This document shows, piece after piece, positions 25,701-39,552 of a DNA stretch of 64,000 bases (positions within the stretch are counted from its first letter, which is position 1; every line of letters begins with the position of its first letter). The stretch is from positions 2,657,977 to 2,721,976 of the forward strand of contig BQFW01000012.1 of NCBI GenBank assembly GCA_020891255.1, read 5' to 3'. The position numbers and the translations under genes are program-made. The DNA comes from Entomortierella parvispora E1425. Taxonomy: Eukaryota; Fungi; Mortierellomycota. Under the pieces are notes generated by a model. The model did no database searches and was not told the origin of the DNA. It saw only the letters and a list, made by a program, of their open reading frames with translations.

Positions 25701-28700
25701 GCAACGGCGCAGCGCAAAGCTTCTGCACTTAGCTTTCTCTACACCATTTGCAAATATTGGTCTCTCAAGAGAGAGTCGCGTCGTGGCGCACCGCTTCTGA
25801 AGCGTCTCCACTTGGAACCATGGACGGCATCAGCTTCAGCCCATCGCCAAACAGAGGAGGAGAAGGCCAAGAAGCTTCAGACACAGCTTCTACTTCGAGG
25901 TGACCTGGAAAAAGTTCGTATGTTGGCCGAGCTCGTTAGGAAACGCGAAAGGGCGAAGCTGAAGCGGCAGGAGCTTCAAAATCGTTACCTCTGCAAGATC
26001 ATGTTTCCTCTCAAGACAATTCTGGAGGATACTCTCGTGGAACTTGAAAAGTAAGATGTTGCGCTGGCTCATATTTTTGTCCAATACATTGCCTGGTACT
26101 AATTCACTTTTTTTTTTTTAATGGGATTCGTTTTGTTAGACATGATCGCCAAAAGTTTTTCGCCTACCCAATTTCTGCTGAGGAGGTCAAGGACTATCAC
26201 GATGTGATCAAGAATCCCATCTGTTTTCAAACGATGAACGAGAAACTTATAGCCCACAAGTACCAAACGGTGGAAGAGTTTGCAGTAAGTGTCTTATTTG
26301 TTGAATTGGCCTGAAAGTCAGCTTCTCCTTTCTCTTGCACTTGTGCTCATTTAGTACTTGACTCCTATTAGGATGATGCACGGCGAATCTATCGAAACTG
26401 TATGACCTACAACAACGCGGATACGCCTTATTACAGAGCAGCAGCACGCCAATCAAAGCTAGCGGAAGGTCTTTTGAAGAAGGCAAAAGAAGAATACGAG
26501 AGACTGGATATTGACCCTCGTACAGGATTTTTGGCTGTTCCAATCGACCGCGAGATCTTCACCTACAATTTGGTTCCATTTCAAAAACAAGGGGAGGAGG
26601 AACAAACTATGGATGATGACAGCACGTCTTCAACACCTGTCAGATCGTCTCCTGCTCTCACACCTAGGGCAAAGAAAAAGGAAATTCACCTGGATAGCCC
26701 AAAGATTCCTCAAGTCTCCGGAAACACGCCCAGATTGACAAGAGCGAGAGAGGCCAAGTTAGGAAACCAGCCAACAGCAACCTCTCCACCGCAGAAAGCC
26801 AAGCAGACGCTGGATCAGACCTCAGGATTCCGCTCCCCCTCAAGAGCTCAAAAGCCCATGGCGCCAAAGCTCAAAACCGCTACACTCACACGAGCTGACA
26901 TGGCTAAGGCGCGGCAGGGAGTGGATGATGCGACTCGACCCAAATTGGACGAGGAAGATGAGCTTTTGGAACGACTCAAGTCAAAGTCGAAGAAATCGAG
27001 ATCTCTTGCTGTCAATCTTCAGTCTCGTCTCAAGCCATCGATCGTCGATAAGGCGGTCGTCATTGACAAGCCTGCTCCAAAAGGATGGGCGTACGTCGTA
27101 GTAGAAGGCGAGGAGGACACGACTGAAGGAGAAGACGATGAGGACGATGCAGCTCAGCCCGCCGGGAAGGTAGAAGCTGGCTCTGGCTCCAGCGCTGGTG
27201 CGGAAGCTGATGCTGATGCCGATGCCGACGCCTACGAGGCAGAGGCTGGAGCTGATGCAAATTCTGGTGCCGATGTTGCTTCCGAGAGCGAGGCTGAGGA
27301 TACAGATGCAAGCAGTAATGAGAGCGAAGGCGGACAGATCCCGAAAGGAACTGCAGAGGACAGAACAAAGAGCGCGACAACTGATAACGATTTCGAGGAC
27401 AACGACTCTCCATCGGAAGAAAGCGCCGTAGACAGCGATCGCGAGGACGACGTGAAGGATGAAAGCGAAGGCGAGGAGAATCAGGAAAACGACAGCGCCA
27501 GTGATAAAGAAGGATCAGAAGAAGGATCAAGTCTCGTCCCGGAGCCATTGAGTAATGGAAACGACCGAACTGATAGCGACTATGATAGTCAGTTGGGCGA
27601 GGATGAGGAAGAGACGATAACCTTTGGAGGAGAGCAGCAGGAGGACATGGCCATAGGTGGAAAGCATGAGGATAAAGAGTCCGTGACTGAGGCCAAGGGG
27701 TACCACAAGTCTCTCTCCGCCGATGTTGAACCTCCTCGAAAGCGACAAAAACGCTCCGTAGCTAGCCTTCCCGAGGATGACGATCTCAAGGACGAGCCCG
27801 CAAGCTCCTCCACTCGTCGGCTCCGGTCATCCGAAGCAGCATCAACCCTGCCTGCGCACACAGGTCGTTCAAGGAGAGGAAGTCCTGGGAGTCAAAAGGA
27901 CAAGGCTGTTGTTGACATTGCTGGTGAGTAATGAGCTCCTCACATCGCCTTGACTCCGTTCCACAGATATACCTTGTTCCTGGGGTGTTGGCGTGTCGCA
28001 TTCGTTGTAAATTATAATCAATAACATCCAATCTGGAGCCCAGATCTTTATTCATTTCTGGTGCAGTGTCCTCCATGACTTGTACTTTCTCTCCTTTATT
28101 AATACAACTCTGCAAAACTGTTATCTGACCACAACTTCATTGGCAATGTCTTCCTGCAAAATAGCAAAGAGGCGGCGACAAACGACGGCGGAAGGCCCTG
28201 TCAAGCGTCAAAAGACCGAAAGAACTGGCGCTCCTCTTCCTTTTGGGTCCTTAGTTTGGGCAAAAATGGATGGCTTCCCATGGTTTCCTGCTGAGGTATG
28301 TCGCGCCGCTCTTTTATGTTGGTCTACCCTTGAGTCAAGTGGCCAACAACATACTGTGGTTGTGTGGACTCACAATCCAACTTGAACTATTGTCCTATTA
28401 TCAACCTCTTTAGCTGATGAATCCGAAAGGATCGAAAGTACCGGAACAGGTTCTGGAGATGAAACGCGAAGGCGGAGGGCTCCATTTAGTTCAATTCTTT
28501 GATCTGAATGAACGAGGCGATCGAGGCCGATCTTGGTACTGGGTCATGACATCTCAAGTCTCCCCACTAGGTGTGGATTTGGAGGAAGACCGGAAACGTA
28601 TCCATCTAAAGACTGGGTGGACACCCAAACGTAGAAAGTCGGTTAAACTCGCTTACGTGGATGCCTGCCAGTCCAAAGGAGTGGACTCGACTGCCGTTAT

Positions 28701-28710
28701 GACCGAGTAG
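22750..28710 (+). CDS. NTO1: BRPF1/Nto1-like histone acetyltransferase scaffold: C2H2, EPC-like, PZP (PHD-Zn knuckle-PHD), bromodomain, PWWP
   Basis: C2H2 CILPGC...HFTAIH; PHD1 [27 protein letters not shown]; PHD2 [12 protein letters not shown]...WAHLLCA...[12 protein letters not shown]; bromodomain [20 protein letters not shown]...YNNADTPYY; [21 protein letters not shown]. Start codon uncertain (22737 or 22750). Confidence 0.92.
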
Positions 28711-28885
28711 GAGACTATGATCCCGTTTTGAGTGTGTGTATGTTCTGTGCAGGAAGACTAGAATAAACATGAAAATGACAAAAACATCAGAAGTTCCCCC
28801 GTCGTTATTGACTGCAATGGACACTGGTTCGATGGTTCTGGTGTACTCTTTATTCCTGCATAAAATAGTATGATCAAAGGTCCCT

Positions 28886-30256
28886 CTACACACTTTGGTA
28901 GCCCCCATGCGAGCCTGAAGAGCGTCCTGTTACAGACTCCCACAGCTGACGGGCCAGATCCACAATAAGACCAGGGACATCTCTCCAGAAATCTAGTATG
29001 CAAAACAATAAGAGAATAAACAGGGGAGACAAGGAAAACTTTGATCAGAACAATACTTCTCGGGACAAAATCCGAGGAATGGGGGCAATACATACCAAGA
29101 TTGGGCAGCAGATCCAAGCCCTTCGCACCATAGACTTGGTGATTGTAAACCGCTCCAGCGATAACATAGATCAGTCCGAGTACAATCAACACCGTCATGA
29201 ATACGCCAAATCCGCTCATGCCTTGCTGGACTGGCAGTGGGATTGCGAGACTAAAAAAAAAAAAAAAAACCCGGCAACATTAGCTTTGATAGTCAGCTTT
29301 CGCCTCTGGTCCTCGACCTCAGGAACTCGACCTCAGGAACTGTTGAAGTAAGACTTACGGGCAGGCAACCTTGGACTTCCAAGTAAAGTAGTACGCGGCG
29401 TCATCTGAGTAGGGCGAGAGGGTAGGCCCAACCTTATCATCCGTCTGTTTTTTGAGTGCGTACGATGTCAGTTCTCCATGTACAGTCAGTCTACACATGT
29501 TTATCCCTGCAGGACCTCACGCTTACCACACTTTCATCACAAATAAAGGTGATGACAGCAGACTTGTCCTTCCCTTGAACGTTGCCTCCTTTCAATGTCA
29601 AGTTCCAAGGCACTACACATCACAATGACAAAAAACGTTAAAAACAATTGATGGACCTGGCATGTTCCAACAATCCGAGAAACTTGCAAGGAAAACTTGA
29701 TGTCGTTCTTACGCTCTTTGATATCGTCAATCTTGTCAGCTCTTGCAGTTGCTGGAGCGACTTCTCTGGCAGGCGTCTTATCGCTGGCTGGCGCGGATCC
29801 AGCGATGGTGTTGAGATAGACTGTTTGGGTTTTGTCTCCTTCTAAAAGAATCATTACATCCTGGCACACCCAGGCTCCAGCAGTGCAGTGGCTGAGCTCT
29901 TGTCCCTCGGGGATGGTGATAGCCTGGCAAGGGTTCAAGGTATAGTCAGAGCGGAACTTGTTTGGATGCGACGCCACAGGTTCTCCAGTGACGGTGTACG
30001 TGCTAAGTAATATACAACGACAGTAAGTCAGATATGATCTTTGATAAGCCTTGATGTTGACTATCACGCCGACAACCATGTCGACCTATTCAGCAGATTA
30101 GCATGCATACTTTGGCTTGAAGGCCGAGATGTCGTATTTGTGACCATCAATGTCGATGTTTGAGCAATCATATGGCGCAGCTGGGGCAGGATCTGCACTA
30201 GCCAGGGCGAGAAGCGCAACGAAGAATGCAGCTGCAGAGAAGCGAGTTCCAGTCAT
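28886..30256 (-). CDS. ATG27: Autophagy-related protein 27 / mannose-6-phosphate receptor homology type I membrane protein
   Basis: Signal peptide MTGTRFSAAAFFVALLALASA; DCSNIDIDGHKYDISAFKP; YTLNPCQ; TM GFGVFMTVLIVLGLIYVIAGAVYNHQVYGAKGLDLLPN; C-terminal YQSV sorting motif. Confidence 0.85.
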
Positions 30257-30686
30257 TGTGAAATGCGCGCGAGGAAAGAAGGATGAGGACGGAGAGGAGA
30301 GGGGAGCAGTGTGTTTTCCTTGGCGAAATCAAGGGATGGTCGCATCTTGGGTGGTTGACGAGGCAGGTCACGTGCAATTTGCAGGCATGCCTGCAGCTTT
30401 GCACATATATTTCCGGGAGAGTGCGACGCGACCGGAACAGGCGCGGTCGGCCCTCTTTCCTGCGCGCTCGCCGTTGGCCACGAGAACCTTGTTGGTTGTC
30501 GTGGGTCACGCGGGTTTCTGCCGGCGAAACCTCCCACGCTTGTCTGTTCCGTTCCTTCACCCCTGCCCCCAACTGCTTTCTCTTCTTTTTTTTTTCTCTT
30601 TCTTTCTCTTTCTTCTTCTATCCTCTCCCCTGTTCCCTCCCATTATCTGCATTTTACTCCGTCTCATTGTTAACCGCCTTCTCGCC

Positions 30687-31679
30687 ATGACCATCACCTC
30701 CACCGCCCCTCCCTCCACTCCTTACCAACGTGCCTATGTGAGAGGCTTGTCCTCCTCTTTCAGTGCCGCCGCCCTGTCCTCCCATGACAACTCACTCAAG
30801 CCCATCGACATGGACTTGGCCCACCACCAGCACGAGCGTTATGTGGAGGTTATCAAACAGCTAGTGCCTCAAGTCGCGACAGTCGTAAGTGACAACCATT
30901 AACTACTTTAAATATTGTGCTGCTGTGCTGCTGTCCTACTCTCTTACATCAACAATTCAATAAAATAGCCTGCTTCCGACAAACTGGCCGACTGTTGCTT
31001 TATTGAGGATACCTGCGTTGTCGCAGGAAATATTGCCGTTATCACTCGACCAGGTCATGAGAATCGCCGAGGCGAGGTCATCCAGGTCAAGGACTGCCTC
31101 AGCGCGAACCCAAACCTGACTCTGCACCAAATGCCCGAGCACTGCTGTCTGGATGGAGGTGATGTTCTGTTTACGGGTACGGATTTTTTCGTAGGCCTCT
31201 CCAAGCGCACGAACCAAGCCGGGGCCGACTTTCTGTCGAAGATCTTTTATGAACAGAACAAGATTGCCCCAGTTCATACGATCAACCTCCAGAACTCCGC
31301 CTCGGCCGCAACATTGCATCTGAAGTGTGTGGTCACTGCCCTCACGGATACCATTTTAGTTGTCTCAGACGATGAGCCTGGTCGATTCGTACAGGGCGAG
31401 ATTGAGAGACAGGTTCAAGAGCACTATCAAGGCGCGACTTCTGGATACAGCTTTGTGGCTGTGCCTGACCAAGTGTCCGCCAATATTCTTAGATTCCCGG
31501 ATGGAAAGGGTGGTGCACTGGGAATTGTGGTGCAAAAGGGATTCTCTCGGAGCGCCGAGATCATTAGCAAGGTGGCCAAAGAAGAGTCACCAAACTGCCA
31601 GGTCTTTGAGCTGGACATGAGTGAATTTATCTTGGCGGATGGGGCACTGACGTGCTGCTCCTTGTTATTGACAGAGTAG
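30687..31679 (+). CDS. DDAH: Dimethylarginine dimethylaminohydrolase (amidinotransferase fold), 2 exons
   Basis: AYVRGLSSSF, LAHHQHERYV, DCCFIEDTCVV, RPGHENRRGEV, LDGGDVLFTG, LHLKC, DGALTCCSLL; catalytic Asp/His/Cys positions present. Confidence 0.9.
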
Positions 31680-32971
31680 GGATAATCTGTAGATCAGAAT
31701 GCATACCCTTTGAGCTGGATATGAGCCAATATATATAATATATTTTTATGGGTGGCAATGTGCTGTTCCATGGTTTATTGAACGTGTGTGGGTGCTTTGA
31801 AGGTGAGCGAGGCTGTCGAATAGATCGAGATAAGATTAGATCGAAAGCAGATACGCTATCTTATCAAAGCAATCGCACCCTTTTACATCACATCTCGCCA
31901 ACACTCCTTCCTGCACTGCTGTGTCCACAGTGTGGCTCTCTGTTATTCCCACTTCAGTTCCATTGCGCTCTGTTCTCTCTCCAATGGGGGGGGGGGAGGG
32001 GGTTGGTCTTCCTTTCCTTCCCTCACCCCTTCCCCTTTTCTTCTCCCCAACCGTTCTTGGTCACCCCCTAGACAAGCATCCCGCACTTGTGCAACTCGTC
32101 TTTGTGGTTTCCTTCCTCTGAGAACAGGTCCCAACATGCGTCTTTGTCCATGCACCCTGTCTCCCACGCACTAAAAAACAAGAAAAAAGTGGGGAGGTTC
32201 CTGTCATGCAGAATGACACGCTCAAAAAGAAGAGAGAATTGCTCTGCACTACTCAAAACACAACAAACAACACTTGAGCAACCAAAGCAAGGAGAGACAA
32301 GGAAGAAAAAAAAAGAAGAAAAAAAACATTGGAATGAGGGTGAAATGGTTGACTGAGCAGGAATTGCATTCATGACACGATCAAGCATACGGTCAATCCC
32401 CCCATGCGGACACACACACAAATCTGTGCACACCCACAGCCAAACCCTCGCGCAAAAGGGAGGGAGGGAAGGGGGGGAGAAAGAGAAGACAGACTGACAG
32501 AGAAAGAGACAGGAGGTGGGGTGAAGAAGAAGGGAGAGTTCAAAGAGTGAAGAGGTGTCATCACGAAACAAGGCAGCAAGAAAAACAAGCACAGGAAAAG
32601 GTCGCACCGCATGAGACATTGAAAAAAGCGCGCAGTCTCGGGTCTCTTCCTCTCTCGGGCACACTCTGCACACCGCACACCGCACACTCTGCACACCGCA
32701 CACCGCACACCGCGCACACCTTGCTTGGCATGCACACTCGGTGACTCTGAGTCTCTCTCTCTCCTCTCCCTTCGCATCCACTCCCGCTCTCCCTCTGGTC
32801 CTTCGGCCCTTTGCTCGCTCCTCTACTTTTTCTCTACTTTTCTCTACTTTTATCCACTGCCCCTGCTTCTTCACCTCGTCTACATCCATACCTCTCTTCT
32901 CTTGTCTTCTGCTCCTCTCCTCCACGATCAATTCGAATCAAACGAAGCATTCAAGAACGGGCATTCGTGCA

Positions 32972-35611
32972 ATGTCGTCGTCGCATCCTTTCTCTGCCTC
33001 CCCTTCCTCTTCATTCGGACCGGGATCCATCTTTTATGATGGTCCTTTGACCCCAGCAAAGCTTCACCCTGACCAGAGAGACAAAAAGCATGCTCGTCCC
33101 CCGGGCGTCTCCAGCGTTTCTTTGAATGCTCTAGCGTCTCCACCACCCTCGCCCTCGAGAAATACCATATTTGACATCCCTTGGTCTGGCTCTGCTCCTA
33201 ACATCAGCTCACTTCGTGCTGCCACCACCTTCCCCAATGGTCCCCCAGTATCAACAACGGCTACACAGTCTGTCAACCCTACAACAATACCAACAGAATC
33301 TCTCTCAACAAGCATGTCGCCGTCATCAGCAGCAAATCTTGGCAGAACAGACTCGTACATTAGCAAACCTGTGGGGTACAGCAGCAGGATCCAACTCCAC
33401 AACAGTAAGGGTCTAACATCATTATATATGGAGTTGGCCGCTGATGGCATCCACGGAAGCAGTAGATTGAATGGTAAGCGACTGTCGCTTTGGAGTAAAG
33501 AATGAGTCAGCCAGAAAACGTTGGAGAGGGGGGTCAAAAGGGAGGGGAGAAGGGGAGAAGCCGGGGGAGTAGACACATCACACCATCAGTGTCATCGCTT
33601 TACTGGACTGACCAAATCCTTCTCTTTTGTCCCGTACAACAAGACTCACCCACAGCTAGCTGCAGGGCCAGGCCGCCGCCCACGGACTCTTTGGACCCGT
33701 TGACATCATCGCCTGCGCTCAACTCCGATGTGTCCGTGGGCGGATCTCTGACGGAGGTCCATGTCCCTCACCCCGTGTTATTGATGACATCCGTTTCCTC
33801 CGACTCGGCTTCAGAACTGCAGCAGCTCTCAGGATCCAGTCTAATGTCATCACCTTCCGCAGCCCCTTCAACAACCGGCCAAAGACTTTTATATCCTCAG
33901 GAGAGAACCGTCGCAAGGCAGTCATCTTTTGAACTGCGTCTGGATCGCACAAAGGCCAATCTACTGGGCCATGGACGCCATGCAGAGGTCTACAAGGCAA
34001 TGATGCACCCCTTGTCGATTCCAATGAGGGACTACCTTCTGTCGCGGAGGACGACACATCGCAAGTCCTGTGCAGACCTCTTTCAAATCGAGCCCACCCC
34101 TACCCCACAAACCTTATTTAAATGCGCTGCCAAGTGTCTCTTTCCCGACGAAGAATCGCAGTCAGTTGGATTGGCAGAAGCAGAGATACTTCGAAGGCTA
34201 CACTCTCATCACGAAGGGCACAATGGTCGACAACATCTTGTGGACTATTACGGACTGTATGATTACGCCAGGAAGCTAGGGATATCCAGTTACGAGGACT
34301 CTTCCCGACAAGAAGTAGCCGCCGCAACCGAAGGACAAGGAGAATGGGCTTTGCTTCTGGAGTACTGCCAACATGGGTCCATTTGGGACTGGATACGACA
34401 ACATCCTGACAGAGTCGGTTTCCGTCAGTGGCTTACCTGGGCCCTCCAGTTGGTCGAGGCCGTTGATTATATCCATGAAGCAGGCCTGATACACCATGAT
34501 ATCAAGCCCCACAATATCCTGGTAAGCGCAGAGACTTGGAGAGTAAATGTAATTGTAGCTAGTCAGGCTAACGCAGCAACATTCTTCGACCTGTTCATTG
34601 GGACCTTTATAGTTGGACTCATCGCTCCAGGCAAAAGTGTCTGATTTTGGCGCATCTCTGTTTCTGCATGAGAATGTTGGAGGTGCGACATCAGCACGCA
34701 ACAGTTTGGGATTGAAGGAGGGCCTTGGTCGAGGAACTCCTCCGTATTCAGCGCCAGAGATGTTCGCATCCGCATCTAATGGCGCACAGTATGGTCAGGG
34801 CATCGACATTTATTCATTGGGAGTTTCACTCTATGTCATTGGACTCACGGCTCAGGAACCTTTCCATAAGTTGAAGAGCGTCCTGGAGATGGTAGTTTGG
34901 ATCAAAAAGGGAGGCTTTTGGCTATGGGAAGATCAAGGATGGGTCCATGACCGTGGCCCAGTTGCAAAGGAGACGCCGATCAGCCGCCTCTCCATGTCAG
35001 CGGCTGCGCAAACTCTGGCGCACTCATCACATCTCCAATCCCCCAGCCAGCTTCCAGAAGAAAGAAAGACTGCTCGGTCCAATCTATCAAGGTCTTCATC
35101 CGCTGCATCACTGGCTCCCATTCCCCACCTACCGCCAATCAACACAAAACTATCTCTCGATGGATCAACTCTAGGTTCGTCGTGCTCTTCTTTCGGCTCA
35201 CCGAGCTCTAGTATATTTTTACAGGCTCCTTTGAAGTCAAGCCCAAGACGCGACAACTCTCTCACATTTGCAGCAGGATATTCACCAGAACAACTTGGCC
35301 GATCCTCTCAACCTGCTACGCCAGTGTCCCCCTTGCCCTTGCCCTCGCCCATCATTCGTAATCAAACCCCACGGTCTATGAGTCGCAGCGCCACCACAGA
35401 CGATCATCGCAAGAGCGGCGAGATAGTGATGCGCTTCTTGAATGGCGAAGTCGTGTCACCCGAAGTGATTCAGCTTTTGAAAGATATGTGCCATGCCGAC
35501 CCAGCCCAGAGACCGAACGCAAAGCAAACGCTGCAGCGACTGCGAGATATGGAGACATCGTTCATGATGGATGAGGACTCAGAGGATCTGGAGATAGAGT
35601 CAGAACTATAG
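32972..35611 (+). CDS. Ser/Thr protein kinase with long low-complexity N-terminus
   Basis: LGHGRHAEVYK (Gly loop), CAAK, HHDIKPHNIL, VSDFG, GTPPYSAPE, DIYSLG, DPAQRP. Spans three ORFs joined by GT-AG introns. Confidence 0.9.
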
Positions 35612-35738
35612 CAGATTTTTTTTAATTACATTCATTTCCAGGTGAAATATTCCCAACAGTTCACTCATCCTTTCCTCGAGCAAGAATCTAAATAGTGTGT
35701 CCATGATAAGTATGGTTTGATAAAATAGCCCTCAGGGC

Positions 35739-37077
35739 CTAAAAAACGATCGATTTGGGTCTACAGCACATCCCTGTTATTACCTTTCGTTGGCCCGTGG
35801 AGTCAGAGTTTTCATCTCCATCTTGGCTGGGTATAATGATGAGCTTCTCAGTGATCATTTTGCGTGTCCTGGATAGCTTCAGGAATCTCTCATAGAGCGA
35901 AGTCTCAGCCTAGGACAGGAGAAAGAGCCAGTTTCAGTAAAAGCGGCAAGTTGAATGAAGAAACAGGCGCGTAATGCTCCTCACCTCGAAGGCATCAAAG
36001 ATATCGTGGTGATGAAAGTATGCATGGGCAAAAATCCGGTACAGCCTCCTCGCAATTGACTGAAAGTTCTTCACAGAGCTCTCAGGGACGCTGATGCTAG
36101 AGATTGTGAGAAATGGGTGTGAGTGCGGACGTCAGACGCTACAAAATAGCTAGCCTTCATCCTCATGTCATTCGCAACAGAGAATCTCGACCATTACCGA
36201 CTCGGGAAGAACTTGACATTGTTCAGAAGCGCACAGGCACCATCCAGGGTATGAGTAAGATAGTCGATTGCACAACACTATGAGTTCGATCAAGACGAAC
36301 TGATGATTTAGTCCCCAGGCAACGAAATCTCCGATTTCCGACATCAATGGACGCTTACCTCCCGTGGAGTAGCATGGGTGGCGCAATAATACATCCATTC
36401 CTCAGCCCTCATTTCTGGACACACTTCCGGTGTACACTCTGGCTCTAGATGCACGATCAGATAGTTCAGCTCCAAGCAGATCTGGCTATTTACAAAAGGG
36501 AATGAAAATGGCCATGTCAACCTTCACTCCAGTGTTTATACATCCGTTTGAGTTCCACATGTTGACGACTTTTGAAATGGTATATACCACAGATGCTCAT
36601 AGAGCCATGAATGTTCATCCTGTCCTGCTGGAAGGGCTATCAATTTCTCCACGTCATGAGGGTCATGGCGAATCATGGCTTGAAGGTATTCGCGCAAGGC
36701 AAAGGCAGACTCTATAGACTCGAGCGGTCGCTGTGGCCACTGATACAGTTTCTGGTTGAAAAAGGCGCAAAAGTGTTAGCGGAGCACAGAGGGGAGTATT
36801 GGCGGATACAAGGGGTGTGCGCGTCAAGTCCTGTTCACTCAACCCGGCTTGAATGCCATGTTATAGGATGGAGAGTGCTCATTACCTCGTCCTTTGTGCC
36901 TGGCAGATTGCGCTGTGCAGACGCCATCGAAGGTGATTTTGCAGATGGTGCGTCATTTCCAGCGGGATTGGCCTGCTTTTTGTCATGTGCCATGGACTGG
37001 CCGTCTGCTTCCATGGTCTCGGGGCTGTTACGGACGGGATTGAATGTATCCTGTTCCTGCTTGTCCATCAACATCAT
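35739..37077 (-). CDS. MOB4: MOB4/phocein (STRIPAK subunit, fungal Mob3), multi-exon; not captured as one ORF in the track
   Basis: Spliced reading RNLPGTKDE / YQWPQRPLESIESAFALREYLQAMIRHDP...GQDEHSWLYEHL / QICLELNYLIVHLEPECTPEVCPEMRAEEWMYYCATH / CCAIDYLTHTLDGACALLN / ETSLYERFLKL matches phocein. The 3' end is approximate. Confidence 0.88.
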
Positions 37078-38017
37078 GCGGGGGGATTTAATGAAGCAGC
37101 GCGGAGAGTTGCTTCAAGTCTCGCACCATGTCCCGGACCAGCGAGCGCAGAAGTGACTGCTGTGCCATCAGGCGGACGTTGACCCTGAGACCTGACCCTC
37201 GTGGGTGGTCAGAGCGCACAACATCGAGCTCCTGATCTGTCCGCTTTTTGCCCCCCTTTTTGGCAATGCGGCATCGAACTTGGAGAATCTCCTGTCCGAC
37301 AACATACCTGTGTGCAGAGATGACAAACGGAGCAAGGAACAACGAAGCAAAAGTTCAGGTGCCGATCGCCTTGTTCATTATTCAGCCCTCGTCTGAGACG
37401 CGTGGTCTTCCGCATCGAACTTTGACTGGGCGCTGAACTAATCCAATGATTCGATCGAACCTCCATCTTGATTTGCGCAACAATGGAAGGTCATACCGGT
37501 GCTTCATTTGTAATTGATGCTGTGGGCTGAGAAAAATGATGATCAAATATAGTCGATGCTGGCCTTTGGCCCGTTGGACGACATCAGGTCGTCGCAACAG
37601 CTCAGCTGGGCTAAGCAAATATGAACTCTTGCACCCTAGCCAACACTGCGGCCAGTTGCTTTCGCTTAATTAGGGTCTACACTGCCACATTCGCGGCCCC
37701 GGAGTAACGATCACATCTGCCTGTCTGCCTGTTGTGGCTGATGCTCTGGAGAAGGGGGGGCCTTCCATAGATTGGCCGTGTGGCAGTGCAACATCATCCA
37801 TGCTATAAAAGGATCGGGGCACCCAAGACGCGTCCATCAGCCATCGACCACATTCCACGCGACAGTACTATCTCTCCAAGAGGAGAACCGCCAAAGTGAT
37901 CATCCATTGCGAGTAAATTGGACCCTACACCCGACCCGCAGCCTGCCTGCACTAAGCCTTATCCACCCCGTGTGTCTGACGTTCTTGATCTGAGTTTTTC
38001 GTCGTATATAATAAGCG

Positions 38018-39367
38018 ATGTCAGCCTTCTTCCCCAATTCAGACCAAAACGAAAACGATCTATCCTGGATTCATACTACAGCAGCGGCCCAAAACCAAAG
38101 ACACGACCTTCTACGAAAACAGGACTCCCCTCTGACCAGCGCTGTTATACCTTCCCTCGCACCGTCACCCAGTCTCTTCTCTGCGTCGCCATCTCCCACT
38201 TCTTTCCCACCTTCTCCTCCCACTGCGGCGGACCTATCTCACTGCAGTCTGCCACTGGCGTACCTTTGCCTGGATACTGTCTCTGCACCTTCCCGTAGGC
38301 CATCGGTGACATTCCCAGAACAGAGCGTCCAAGCGTACATGGGCAACAAAATGTTTGGTGACACAATGGATCAGTCAACAACGGCCGGACATCAAGGTAA
38401 CGAGGAGTTTGGTCCCCTTGACTGTCTGTGAAAAGTTTCTTACTCAGTTTTACATTCACGCATGCAACCAGAATCGGCATTGTATTGGTCCTGTGGCATC
38501 CCACCTTCAGAAGCAGGAAGCTTTGTCCAGAGTTCACAACATCAACCGCAGCTTCTCTCTGCAACAGACAGCTATTTTTCGCGACAGATATCTGAGCCAC
38601 CATCCCCAGCCATTCTATCACCAGCTCCTGGCCTATCTACCAGCGTTTTGCCCCCAGGCTCCCAGCATCGTCGTGCCTTGAGTGACAGTTACCCAAACGA
38701 ATACGATCGCCGATTTTCGGAAGGCGACATAATAGGGCACCTCCTTACAGACAATTACAGGGACTTCTTTATGTCTTGCTATTCGCAACAAGGAGCAAAT
38801 ATCCTCGTTGTTCCTGATGGATCATCAAACCCGTCAGAACCTTCAACAATCTCTCAGAACCAGGCGAGCCAGTGTCTGTTCGTGTCCTCTTCGAACGCGA
38901 GATCTGCAGCCACTTCCCATAGTGGTCCTGGTTCGTCTGGCTCGAATGCCGTGGCGGGTGTCTATCGCTGTGAATACGAAGGTTGCACAAAGAGTTTCTC
39001 ACGTCCTTACAATCTCAGTTCTCATATCCGCACGCACACAAACCTCCGACCTTTCAAGTGTGATTACTGCGACCGTCAGTTTGCTCGCCTCCACGACAAG
39101 AACAGGCACGCGCGGCTCCATCGAGGGGTGCGACCGTTTTCTTGCGAGCGGTGCCAGCATCAATTCGCGAGGATGGATGCTCTCAACCGCCACTTGAAGG
39201 TTGAAGGTGGCCACAACCTCTGCAACTTGTATTTGATTCAAAACAATTCACCGAATGCCATGCCGTTGGTTGACCTGCCTCCAAAGAAAGTCAACCCCCT
39301 GATCTTGGCACACTTTCCGAACTTTGGAAAACCATCGCAAGACAACGACAGCAACGAAAAAATATAG
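38018..39367 (+). CDS. C2H2 zinc-finger transcription factor, Crz1-like finger array
   Basis: Three fingers: CEYEGCTKSFSRPYNLSSHIRTH, CDYCDRQFARLHDKNRHARLH, CERCQHQFARMDALNRH. Likely intron after ...AGHQG (~38397-38460). Confidence 0.85.
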
Positions 39368-39552
39368 ACGAGCGCAGCCTTTCAAGGTCGTCATTCAGAA
39401 AGGATCACAATAAATTTGTCAAAGGCGCGTTCAGACCTGAAATCTTTCTCCCTCACGTCTCTCTTTTTTTTTCCTTTTTTTTTTTTCTTCTTTCCCGCTT
39501 TGACCAACAAACCACGACTGCAGGACGGAAGGACAAAAAGTGCAGCAGACCC

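Noticed and set aside
32665-32720. GCACACC heptamer repeats upstream of the kinase
   Set aside because: Short imperfect microsatellite in a low-complexity leader; no evidence of function.
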